Positions 35,114-47,589 of a stretch of DNA of 64,000 nt are shown here, piece by piece. The position numbers and the translations under genes are program-made. The notes beneath the pieces are model-generated. The model worked only from the letters and a program-made list of their open reading frames with translations. It searched no databases and had not been told where the DNA came from. Position 1 is the stretch's first letter, and each line of letters starts with the position of its first letter. Source of the DNA: Lama guanicoe (taxonomy: Eukaryota); the NCBI GenBank assembly GCA_013239625.1, contig MU053513.1:1848927-1912926 (forward strand), in the 5' to 3' direction.

Positions 35114-38100
35114 GCAAGTTGTTAGGGAGGGGCCGGGGGCACGTGCCTCTTGGTGCCGAGAGACGTGCTGTGTCAGCTCCCTCTAGACCTGAAGGGAATA
35201 CATTGACCCAATTGAGGCGACATGATCCTCCTCCCCACCCCCCTGCGGGCGTTCCGCCACCTGCAGAAGCGAATGCACCCCTCAGCCCGGCTCTTTCTCC
35301 CTCCTCAGTGATAGTTCCCCCGTCTCACTGGAAGCCTGGAGCCGTGCTCGCACAGACGTGACGATTCCATTGGATACCGTTCCTCTTACTTTCAGACGTT
35401 CTTGTCAGTTTTTCCCCTTGTTGCCATTTTCTGAAGAGTTCCAGACCTGTTAACCATTCTGTCGCTTGTTTCTGCTGCAGTACCTTTCTCCACTGGCCCT
35501 TCTCAGACGCTTAAAATAGCGTTCCATTTCTTCTCTCTGGGCATCATTTACTGCCGTTTATTTGGTCATTGATAACTTCCTCATCACTCTAACTTACTTT
35601 GTATTTACGATAACTTTTGGGAGTATTTGGAGGGAGTCTTAATGTCTCTGACAAATACCTGATGTCAGAATAAAATCGTTCTTTTAATCTTTTTGTATGT
35701 GCCTATTAACTCAGTTATCGGTAAGATTTTTGATTATTGTTACGAGGTTGCCATCTTTGTTGTTCAGGGATGATTGTTTTAGGTTACGTATTTAAGGTAG
35801 TAGTGGAACGGTTTAAGTCAAATTTAAAGGCAAACTTCTCTTCAAAAACTTTGATATCAGAATTTAGTTCAGTTTTTCTTTAAATTAGTTTGACACAAGA
35901 CTAGATTTTCTCCAAATCGCCAATGTTTTACCAAAAATGATTTATAGTATACTTTTTTATTCGTATTTTGAGCAGTCTTTGGATTCGTAGTGGTAGGTTA
36001 ATTACAAAACTGATCAAATAACTAGGTAATCCATTCAGTTTTTTAACTACGAAAGTGTTGTTTGCCTCTGCACTTAGTACAGAGGGAAATAGAGTAAAAT
36101 GCTTCCTGTTACATTTTACCAAGTTGCCTTTCTCAGCCTTAAAGCTTTAAATCTTTGTAACCACTCTTAGCGGTAGTTGTGTATTATTCCAGATATTTCC
36201 CATGATTTGTCTTTTTAACGAAGAGGCGGAAACGGAGGGGTGTTGTTTTAAGATCTGTCTACACTATCACAACATTAGCAATCAGTAAAAAAATTTTCTA
36301 CTCAGTTGTAATTTTATTTCGTGATATATACCTGTTTTTTGACTCATGCATACATGCTTAGTTTTTGTTTTTGTTTGCACAGATTTTTTTTGGTGGTATA
36401 GTTTTGTGAAAATATCTTGAATGATAGTATTATTTTTGCCCAAGAGATTTAGTATGCTGGTACCTTTGCACAAAAATAAAGTCCATGTGAAATACGATTT
36501 AAAGAAATGTTTTATCACTGTGTTTTAAATTTTTTTGTTTAATATTTATGCAGTGTATTTACACTTATTTTGATATGTTTATATTTTATGATACTTAAAT
36601 ATTCTAAACTTTATGTGTATAGGCGTTTTCCTGAAGTTTAAAGTTATCAACTTAATTAAATAGTTCTGACCATGCAATTTAGTGAGTTCAACTGAAGAGT
36701 GGTAGATACATCAGTAGTTAATACAAACATACATGTACTCAAAAGTTGCAAAGCAGCATTTTGTGATTGTTTCTTTTATTTTTCTCCCCCAGCCTACCAG
36801 CAGTATTATCTATAAGACTTGTCAAAAAAAAAAAGTGTCCACTCTTCTTCGTCAGTGTGTTTTCTGTTGTAATAGTTCAAGGAGGAATGTTGGAGAATAA
36901 GAGTATTGAGAGATGATTTGGGAAAGAGGAAAAGGAGACATGGGATTGTGTAGGTTGATATTGAAATGGGAATTGGAGAAGTTGCAGAGAAAAGAAAGGA
37001 TGGTAGAAGTTTGACAGGGGCATGGTCCGAAAACAGGCAGCTCATAATAGTGGGAGGAATGCTTAAGTTGACTAGAATTTGGAATCAGTATGTGAGGAAA
37101 TTTTTTCCTCTTAAATAATTTTTAAAAACAGGTTTCAGTCCATTCCCCAAAGTGCTTGATATCATCTGTCAAACATCAGCAACTGAAGTTGTTTAATAGA
37201 AACTATGAATTATTTACTTAGGTACAGCCCTCTTGTTAAGTAACTTGTTGAATACATTTTATTATTATTTTTTGAAGTAGGAATGTGAAAATGACAATAG
37301 ATTCAAAGGTCATAATTCTGTAAGGGCCTTTGCAAAGGTATTTACAAAGTTTTGCTTGGAAATTGGGCCTTTGGTAGTTCACTTGTGTATCTGATCCTTG
37401 CAATAATATATGTTTCTTATTCTTTCAACTTTGTTTTATATATTGTTTTTGGTAGTGGACGTTGGGAATTATCAGACTTCTACAGACGCTAAAATACCCA
37501 GGTACTGAGTAGAAATGTACTGAGAAAATCCAAGAAGAAGACAAATGTATCTTGTATCTTATGCGATTTGAGTTTTGCTTGAGTAAAACTTAATAACCAA
37601 GAAATTTTATTTTCCTTTTCTCAGTTATTACTGTCATAGAAGTGATCTGTGAGAGCCAGTGAGCTTCAGTGATCAGAGGATATTAACTACAGTGATAACA
37701 TAATGCCCTCACTTGGATTTCTTCCTTAATGTCTGACACAGTGCTAACTTCCATAGACCTGTAACTTTGTAAAATGTATAGTGTAATGCCTATGTTACAT
37801 TTCAATTATATGAAGAATATACGCTGTATTTCTTGCCTCTTCCTGAACCAGTGTCCAAGACAGATTTCGGTAAATTACTTCACCAGAAATATCAATGAAA
37901 GTATGTTGCAGGTGCTTTTTAAACAGTCTACTATTTTATATGAAAATTCAGTCTCAATTTAAGTACAAGGAATATTTGCTGGAGGTCTTCATTTTTAAAG
38001 GACTATTTAATATATATGTGATATACACTGTAGAGCAAATTTCTGTTAACTACTGTAATTAAATTTTAAAAAACACTATCAGTAACTATTTCCCAAAGTC

Positions 38101-41100
38101 CCAAGTCTTCCAAAATAATGCAGTATGAATTTTGCTGTTTCATTTGAATTTGTCCTACTCACACCTCCCTAACCCCCTTTTTTTTTAAATTTTCAGCTGT
38201 TCTTTCTCATTTACGTAGGTAATCTTTATCTGGTCAGAGACAAATGAATAACTTTCCCTGAGGAGACTATCAAACTATTAAGTTACTATTACTGTTTTTT
38301 CCGGAACTCCAGTATGTGTGTGTGTGTGTGTATGTTACAGTCAGTAATTAAACATTTTTTGAATGATAGCAATTTCAGCCATTCAGCAGGGATCCTGAGG
38401 CTTCAAACTAACTGTAACCAAGTATGATAAGCCTATGAGCTTTATTCAGAAATGACTAATTGTAGTAAGTAACTTAAAATTTTGCAACCCTAACAGGGTT
38501 GGTTTTCTGATTTTTTTAGCCCACAGATTATAATTTACAAGGTTGGCCATTAGAGTTAGGCACACTGACATCTGAAATGTCATCTTATTTCAAGGCTATT
38601 GGAGAAGAGCTATTAAAAAGTGTGTGGAATTTGAAGAATAGCGTTTTAAGGCTGTTACTTGGAGACAACAGTCCTGTAGTCACTAACTTCTGAGAGAATC
38701 ACAGTGTCGTAGAGCAGTATAGTTACATGGTGTGTCACAATGATGATTTAAATCATAAATAAAGTTTTATTCGATATACTGTGTTTAAGGGAGTAAGAAA
38801 TTGGTGTCTTTAGAAGATTCTTATAAGAGTAAATGTTTTCAAAGCTTTATTTCGTTTCAGTTTTCTAGAAAACTCATGAGGAGCTCATATGATACTGAAA
38901 AAAATGGTGCTGCTGTGTATGGAATTTCCTTTATTTTATTGCTTTTATCTATTTATCTTCTTATTTAATATTTCAAGGGATTACCTCCCAAGTAAGACTT
39001 TATTACATTTAATATTTGATATCAGTAATAATTAACCAGTTTGCTCAAGACTAGCACATTTGTTGATGAACCAATTTTCATATCGGATAATTAGAATTAG
39101 TAAATGACCTGTGAATCAATTTTAAAGTTTTGAACTCTAATAGAGTCTCCATCCTTAGCACAGCTGTTTCCTGAGGTGAGAAATGTTTCATTTGTAATAG
39201 ATTTTCTTTGTTGCTTTGCTTTCCTTTAGAGTCTCTTTTAATATGTTAATTTAAACCTCGTGCTCTCTTCAGTGGTAGAGTGATGGTAGACAGCACTGGA
39301 TGTAGGTATTAAGTGTGTGTAGTTGTGTGTGTTTTAATGATTTTAATGATGAGTTTGAGGATTTTAAATCTTGAGAATTAATGTAACCATATTAACATTT
39401 TGATGTATTGCATTATTTAAGAATATATCTTTACTTGCCAATAAAACATTTAATTTCACATCCTGCTTTTAACTTAATGTTAGGTAACATTTTCTCGTTC
39501 TGACAGTCTTCATAACCATCATTATAAATGGTTGTATGGTGTTCCATGTGTAGATAAATGATTCTCTGTTCTACTTTTTTGCATATATAAATAACTGTGA
39601 AGAACATTTATACATAAAGTGTTTCCTGTATATAGTATTATCTTGTATATTGCATATATGATTTTTAGGTACATTTTAAAGCCTCTTAAAACACAGTGAT
39701 ACAGTATTTGTCAAAAGGATCAATTTTTATTCATATTGAAGTGACTGTTGCTCTATATGTCAGCATTAACTGTTTATAAAAACGTAATGGGGGTAAGTCA
39801 TATACCACTTTTTTCTTAGATTACTACTAAGGTGAAACATGCTTAATAGATGTATTTCTTTTGTGAGTTTTCAAGATAATTAGAATTTTTAAAATTAATC
39901 AAATCATTTGACCTAATTTTTTTTACTCTACTCTCGATCTTCTGAAATTCCTTTTCTAGAAATATAATAAATAAATAATACTGATTTTAATACTATTTAT
40001 TTTAGTTTTTCTAAGTTAGATTTAAATAAATTTAACTTTTTATGTTGTCTGGCATTTTTGTGAAGTGAGAATCTAAATGTTTGCCTGCAAATCCTTAATT
40101 GTCTCAAGTATTTATTAGTTTTATTTTTTCTTTGTTTTTCTGTTTCATTTTTACATTTTAAATGCTTATATTTTATATTGCTTATTTTTAATCCCAAACT
40201 TAAAAAAAAAGTATTGTTTTTTAGATGATTCTTATGGCATGTGTAATATAATTTGCCCTGGTCTCTTTTTATTGTGGTATTTGTTTTCTTATTGATTTTT
40301 AAAAGCACTTTATAATTTGAGGATAATAAAAGCTCATTCTGTACAAAACAATGTTTTATAATTCCTTTTCTTGTTAACCAAAACTTGAAATACTCTTTTT
40401 CCTGCACGTCAGAATTTAGTACGATTAAATGAAACAATTTCTCCTTTCTTGAAAGACAAAGTATGAAACTACTTAGGAGTACAGTACTAGAGACTGTGAA
40501 GAGAAAAACTAGTAGATTTTGTGGAGTTAGAGAAATAAACAACAGTTTGGGATCTGTGCTTAAGATGTTTCTCTTACTAAATAGTTATAGGCAGCTTGAC
40601 ATTAGATGCCTCTGATATGTTTAATTGAAAAGTGTTCATTAGTTCTAGGACTCAGTTCTGGAGTCACAGTTCATTTCATTTTTCAGCTGTTAAGAATGGC
40701 ATAGCAATGTGGTGCATTTACTGACATTGAAGAATGAATAATCTAAGAAATTCCATGTGTGCATTAGTGAGGGCATATGTGCTAAGGAGAGCTTTTTAAA
40801 TTTAAAGTTCTTATTGCTTATGAAGGTGTGTTTTTTTTCCTTTATGAAATAATTATTAAAGATAATAAAATAATTTTTAAAATGAGATATTTATACTTAC
40901 ATACATTTAAAAACAGTAACGGTTCCAAAGCTATTATTTTATTAAATATTGACTAACACTTTATGTTAGTTACAGGTTGGTGTGATTGCATTAATGCTAG
41001 GTAGAAAAACCATATTAACTTTGTGTGAAAACATAATAAATATTTGAAAACACGTGTGTCCTGTGCTTGGGGAGGATATAAAGAGAATTGCTGGTGAAGA

Positions 41101-42860
41101 ACTTGATGTGATGAAATTTCCTTCTGTGTTGGATTGGGATGAGATATATAGGGGTTGGACTGTAATTGATACCTTTTATTTCTACCAAAATTCTGCTGCC
41201 CCATAGGGATGAGCTGATTTTTCAAAATGGCACTGAAGTGGTCCAGGAATAGCAATTGTATTATGGCACTTATTTACCCTCCTTGCTAGTTACTGTGTTT
41301 TTTTTTTAAATTGGACTGAAGTTTAAGGAAAGTACATTCTGCAGTTTACATACACTTCTCCATCAGAAGCAGATTTTTGTGTTTCATAAATAGAGTGAAA
41401 TTTAGTTTGGTTGCATTATAGAGGAAGGTACCAAGATTTTTTCCTCTTGAGACGGGTGTGTGTAAATTTGTGAGATATATCTACTGATAGCCCTTGAGGA
41501 GCTTTGTAATACTTCTTTATGTTAACTCTTTACTCCGTACCCCAAATCTGTAATTCTTAATCTGAACGTCTCCACTAAACACAATTTTAAATGTTGTTTT
41601 GCAGTGACATGAGAAATTTCCTTTTTTTCTCCCTGCTTTAAGAAATACGTAAATGTGATTAGCGTATTAATACATACAGAAAGTTCTCCTGAGTGTACAG
41701 TTCAGTGAATTTTCGCAGTTTGAACACACCTGTGTAATCATTACTTAGAACATTATCAAACGCCGGAAATTGTCTTGTGCTGTAGTCTGGTCATTAGCTC
41801 GCCATGCCTGTGAGAAAACAGTATTTTAATGTCTAGTCCTATAGAACAATTTTGTGTGCTTTTGAACTTTAACTTCCCTATAAATATTATTGCATTTTTA
41901 ATCTTGTTTTAACATGAGTAACCCGAGAAATCCTAGAACTCAGTCTCTACCTGGAGATCTCAGCACTTTGACTTAGACATTTTCCTCATGGCATTCATAG
42001 TTTTCAGGAACTCTTAGAAGAGAACATCAAAGAAAAACCTTCCTTCTTTCAGATTGTGTGATGGACCCAGTTTGTGTTTTAATAATAATTGCGCAAACAG
42101 GGTACTTTTAATTTCTGTCATTGATGGCCTACAAGAGTACCTCAGGTTTTTTTTTTTTTCCCCCTTTCTTTCTTTTTTCTTCCCACTTAGAAATTTTGTT
42201 TTGAAAACTTCGGTACAGCATTCCTGACTGTTTAATGGCTTTTTGGGCTTTTATCCTATGACTTGGCAGCTTTCTTTTCATTCTTCGAATTCCTTTCAAG
42301 CAGCGATTCCCATTCTAATTTTTATGACAGCTACTCTGTGGTAGCCTCTGTTATTTCAAAGAATGTTATGAATACCCACCCCTGGTTCCCTCCTCTCTCA
42401 GGAAAAGTCCCGATTTAAGTTTAAGTCATTTTACTTTAAAAATGCTTATGTTGTATTTGTGAATAGTATAACATTGTGGTGTGCAGATTATAAATCAAAT
42501 TACAGGCTACTAAAAAATTGGGAGTCAGCTGTACCTAGTTAGAATCCCCTTTCAAGCTGGCTTCAAGTGTAAGGGCAACTTTCTTACAAGACATTCTCCC
42601 TTTGTACTTTCTTTCCTACCACTCCATTCCACCTTCTTAATTTTAAAGAAAGGCATAGGAAAGATTTATTACTGTGTTCCTGCACATAATTCTTCTGTCA
42701 CATAAGTCCGATGGTCCACCTGGAAGATACGTTTAATTTCCTTTATAAATGAACTTTGGTTGCTGTCAGTCAATAATTGTTAGGGCCAGGATATTATAAA
42801 TGGCCTGTAGCTGTTAAAATTATTTTGTTGAAGAATAATTTAAGAGCGACATGTGCCTAC

Positions 42861-43467
42861 TTTTTTTTAAATTTTGTTTTTTTATTAATGTATAGTCAGT
42901 TACAATGTGTCAATTTCTGGTGTACAGCATAGTGTCTCAGTCATGCATTATATATATAGACATATATATATATATAGACACACACACACACATATATTCG
43001 TTTTCATATTCTTTTTCATTAAAGGTTATTACAAGATATTGGATATAGCCCCCTGTGCTATGCAGAAGAAATTTGCTTTTTTATCTATTTTTAAATGTAG
43101 TAGTTAACATTTGCAAATCTCAGCCAAATTTATCCCTTCCTGCTCCCTTTCCCCTGATAACCATAAGATTGTTTACTGTGTCTGCGAGGCTTTCTGTTAT
43201 ATAGATGAGTTCATTAATGTCCTCTTTTCCTTTCTTTTTTTTTTTTTTTTTTTGATTCCACATATGAGTGATATCATGTGGTATTTTTCTTTCTCTTTCT
43301 GGGTTTCTTCACTTAGAATGATGATCTCCAGGGCCATCCATGTTGCTGTGAATAACATTATTTTAGTCTTTTTTTAATCACTGAGCAGTATTCCATTGTG
43401 TAAATATACCACAATTTCTTCATCCAGTCATCTGTTGATGGACATTTAGGTTGCCTCCATGTCTTGG
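42861..43467 (-). mobile_element. Relatively young 5'-truncated L1 3' end
   Basis: poly(T) start, then tatagtcagttacaatgtg...ggtgtacagcatagtg...ttcacttagaatgatgatctccagggccatccatgttgctg. Confidence 0.9.
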
Positions 43468-43822
43468 ATGTACGTACATTTTGGACCCTACTGATTTTCA
43501 TTTGCTGAGCTTTTGTGGAAATTAAATGTTATGCAGAAATTTAGACACCAGTTTCTAAAAAAGTTTTCTTTTTGCCTGGAGATTTTAAATGTTTGACTTT
43601 GGGTATTATGTTTTAGGAGAATAAGTCATGAAGAGTGAAAGAGACAGTAATTGACTTTTGTAAAGGTTATGGAGTTATCACTAAATTTGAATAAATGCTG
43701 TTCTTGATGAATGAGTCAGGACATTTTCCAGTTTGACCTAAACCACATTTATGGGTAGGTACTTTTCTTTCTGTAGTCAGAAAAATTTCAGCAAGCAGAT
43801 TTTGATTCATTTGTAACTCTGA

Positions 43823-44335
43823 GGCAGCGTTTCTCAAACTTCAGCATACATCATAAAGTTTTGTTTGTTTTTAGTCTTTAAATACAATGCATGTCAGTTG
43901 AATAGGTCAGGAGATCACACTTTGAGAATCATTACTAGGGTATAGTAGGGGCACTTACATTTAAAAACAAACAAAACCACCCACAGGTGATTCTGATGTA
44001 CATCCTAGCTGAGAACCTTTGAGCATTAGTTCTCAAAATACAGTTCTGGGACTATCACTTGGGAATCTTGTTAAAAATGCAAATTCTCTCAGACTCTGGG
44101 GTGAAACCTAGAAATCTGTTTTAAACTAACCTTCCAAGTGATTCTGATGTATGAGAGAGCTTGAGAACCATCCTTGTAACTCAAAAGTGTCCTTCCATGG
44201 CACCTGTCTGGGAATTTGTCAGAAATGCGTATTTCAGGCCCCACCCATACCTTCTGAATAACAGTATCTCTCATTTTAACTAGACTCCCAGGAGGTTTGA
44301 ATGTATGTTGAGCATTGTGAAGGGCTGTTCTAGAT
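43823..44335. mobile_element. Cluster of 3-4 MER5A/MER5B-like hAT-Charlie MITE copies
   Basis: Repeated gttctcaaa / tgagaa(c/t)c termini, (g/a)gtgattctgatgta twice, aaatgcaaattctc and cagaaatgcgtatttcaggccccaccc. Confidence 0.75.
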
Positions 44336-44364
44336 GATTTTCATAAGTATTATAAAAGTAATAC

Positions 44365-44580
44365 TAATAAAGTAAAATTTATTGAACATTTGCTGTGTAC
44401 TAGATAACATAAATACTGTATTCATTATCATTTAGTCCTACAGCAACCTTGTAAGGAAGTTTACTTTTATCCTTATTCTGCAAATGAGCAAGTTGAAGCT
44501 GAGAGGTTAAGTATTTTACAGAGTGTTACACTAGCATTGGATGCAGAGTTTGAGTTATGAACTTAAGCATTCAGACTCTA
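44365..44580 (-). mobile_element. MIR fragment
   Basis: tttattgaacatttgctgtgt...caaatgagcaagttgaagctgagaggttaagta. Confidence 0.7.
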
Positions 44581-46169
44581 CTTTTGGATTTTGAGGTGTT
44601 ATCAGGGCCATTTATGTGCATGCATACATATATGTGTCCTTCCTTGTTCCAGCACCACTATATATTCTAATGAATTTTTGTTATCACATTTTACAATGGT
44701 GTTTGAATTTCTTCCAGGTCTTATGTTCAAGTACTGTTTTTGATAAAATACTATGTTTTATACACAGAAACAACTGGAAGTAGCTATGATTTGAATATTT
44801 AAATCGCATTTATTCATCAAGGTGTTGTTTATCCAAACTCTTTGCTCCTTATACATTTTGTTTTGCATGCAAATTTAGTAAAGCAAGCTCTTACTGGTTA
44901 GTGTTTCATTTAAATTTTTGCACAATGTTAAGTGTCATATATCCAAGAATTATATTTGTTTATTAAAGAGGACCACAATTGTTGTTCAGTACATAGAGGC
45001 CCTGATGTGCTGAAACGATACTTACGGTTCAGTTCAAGTAAGCATGCAGATTAGCAGAATAATCAAATGATGGCATTAATTTCAAGGTAGTAATGTAAGT
45101 AAGGAGCATATTGGTCACCTTATCAATGACAAATTGTTTTTGAGGTTTTCAGAGTTACATTCTCTTTTTAAGTATACAATTCAGTGATTTTTTTTAGTAA
45201 ATTTACAGTGTTGTGCAGCCATTCCCACAGTCCAGTTTTAGAATATTTCCATTAATCCAAAAAAATTTCTTTCGCTTTTTTTTAAGTCATTCTCTCCTTC
45301 AGCCTGCTATAGAATTTTGAAAAATCAGTTGGTGCATTTTAGAAGTTTTGCAATATAGTATCATACTACAACTTAGTAAAAACCTATATATAAACCGTAA
45401 TTCATAAACTTTTTTTTAAAATTTATTTTTAAGAAAAAAAAGTTAGTATCCTAGCTGTTAATTTCTGTTCACTTAGATCAGTTTACTCTATTGGCAGGAT
45501 TTAAAGTGATGTGAATGGTAGTGTTTAGGCCTAGGAAACATTCTTTCATTCGCTTAATTGGCTATTCACTGTCTAATGAATGTATGAAGAAGAAATGAGA
45601 AAGTGAAGACAATTAAGAGAAATTATAGTTCCATGATGATATGGACAAACACAAAACTCTTGTCTGTTTGGTGGTGGCTTGGTTTCTGGAAAACTCTGGT
45701 AAGCGTTTCTGTTGTCTTGGTCTGAATAACTCATAAGAATTACAGTTTTTTCTTTTTTAAAAAAAAGCTTTTTCTCTACATAATATGTTTTAAGAATTTG
45801 GAGGATGAGTAGCACATTATACTGAATAAGGTAGTTCAGCTACTTGACTTTTTATGTCTCTATCCATGGACTTTTTATGATTGCATATAAGGCTTTTTTT
45901 CCAACACAAAAATGTCTGGAAATTATACTTGGCATACTATGATAGAATTTTTAATGTAATTAACTGGATTAATTAAACAGCACACTAATAGTAAAGATTA
46001 TCAGAGCTTTTGATAAATTTTTTGCTGGCAGTTTCATCTCCTAAAAGATGAAGAAAGTTGCTGGTATGAAATTGATTCTGACCAACAAAGAACAGTGAGG
46101 GGTGTATGGAATTAACCATTATTGAACATTTTGGGCAAGTGGGCTCATTTTATACTCTCTTTGTGTTGT

Positions 46170-46460
46170 AGCAAAAAGAATGTGGGCTTGAAATCAGACC
46201 TGGATTTAAGTCCTGGCTCTAGCACTTAGAAGCTCTGTAACTTTAAGCTAGTTGCTTATATCTAAGCCCTTGTTTTCTTCAGTATAAATGATACAGTACT
46301 TTCTCCTTATATATAGAGTATGTAAGGTACTTTATATAAAATAGGTGCTCAGTAAATGCTGTTTGTTATTTTATTTCTATTGAAATGGAGGCTCAGGGAA
46401 GTTTGTTACCCAGCTAGTAAGTGGTGAGCAAATATCTGTCTGACTTCAAAGCCCATGCTT
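46170..46460. mobile_element. MIR fragments in both orientations
   Basis: tcagacctggatttaagtcctggctct...taggtgctcagtaaatg, then gaggctcagggaa...cagctagtaagtgg. Confidence 0.65.
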
Positions 46461-46829
46461 TTCCAAAAGCCTATTCTTTTTTTGTCTCCTAGATAGAAAT
46501 GGAAATCATGGGAATCAGAAGTTAGTGACTGTGTCACTTTGGCTTTTATATTATGAGGTAGGAATTCACAGAAAAGCAGGCTTCAGAAAGTTCAGAAAAA
46601 AGATTGATAATGACCACAGATGGTATAAACAATATATAATGATAGAAGGCACTTAGAAATGAAACATGTTATTAAAATTACAAAAAATTTCCACTGAGAG
46701 GAGAAAAATAATGAGTCATCTTGAGAAAATGTGACTTCCACGTAAGTAATTTCCATTAGACTTCAAAAGAAAACTTATCAAGAATACCCACATTATTAAT
46801 GGTATATAACTGATGGTTAATTCAAAAAA

Positions 46830-47130
46830 GTCATGTGTCAGAGTGTGGGGAGGCTAGAGCTCTGAATGAGTTAAAGTTTGCAAAAAATGCCTAAGACAAC
46901 AAGAAGGGCTTTAGCTAAATTCAGAGCAAGATCAGTAAGGAAGAAAGGCCTATTGATTGGAGAGAAATAATGAGAACTACTCAAATCCTGTTTTACTTCC
47001 CTTATATTTAGGAGAATGATTTTCATACTGGAAGGGAGACAACTCTATTTAAAGAGGAAACTGTTCCATGATTGTTGTTTGGTAAAGAGCATCTCGTTTC
47101 ATTAAATTTAGATCTCTAGTTCTAATGAAT
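46830..47130 (+). mobile_element. Ancient CR1/L3 LINE ORF2 fragment
   Basis: gctagagctctgaatgagttaaagtttgcaaaaaatgcctaagacaacaagaagggc resembles L3 AKAQNELRLAKNAKDNKKGF; gaactactcaaatcctgttttacttcc resembles ELLNSYFAS. Confidence 0.7.
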
Positions 47131-47589
47131 TACTTAGAGCAATGTAGCATTGCTGTTTCTTGATGTCTATAACTGTTTTTAGGTATAGAGAAGACCATTT
47201 TGGTAAAATAATATTGAGTAGTTAACAAGTTAAAAAACTTGTCTTTTAAGTTCAATTTACACATTTTATTCTGTTAATAAGTTGGCGAGTTTCATATAAA
47301 CTAAGAATATTCTTGTTTTTCTGGGTAGGGTGAGGAATGACACTGATTAATATAGCTCAGTAATTGTGGGTGAGCAGATTAAATCTCCCTTAAAACACTC
47401 TTTCCAGGTAAAAGGGCTTTTGTACTTGTTCTCTTTTCCTGTAATACTCTTTTCATATATTTGCATGCTTGTTCCCTCGCTTCTTAGGTTCAAATGTCAC
47501 TTGGTCTCAAGAGGTTTTCCCTGATGAGGGAGTTTCCAAGGGGCATCATTGTGTATAGAATTCAGTTGAAGAGTTCTGTGAGCAGAATT

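Larger units (their letters stand above)
34050..35380 (+). promoter_or_regulatory. ZZZ3: CpG-island promoter, most likely of ZZZ3 (ZZ-type zinc finger, ATAC complex subunit)
   Basis: Only strongly GC/CpG-rich block in the window; GC boxes, E-boxes, CGCG elements, YY1 motifs and + strand splice donors. Identity rests on the recalled mammalian order USP33 then ZZZ3 on the same strand; no ZZZ3 coding sequence is visible here. Confidence 0.8.

Noticed and set aside
33781..35361. Many overlapping ORFs of 70-217 aa on both strands across the CpG island
   Set aside because: Arg/Gly/Pro/Ala-rich low-complexity translations expected from stop-poor GC-rich DNA; no recognisable domain; several start at GTG/TTG
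39259..39278. Faint similarity to the U6 snRNA 5' end
   Set aside because: Only about 14 of 20 bases match and similarity does not continue
39997..40542. 181-aa minus-strand ORF
   Set aside because: Lys/Asn/Leu/Phe-rich product of a T-rich intron, non-ATG start, no domain or splice support
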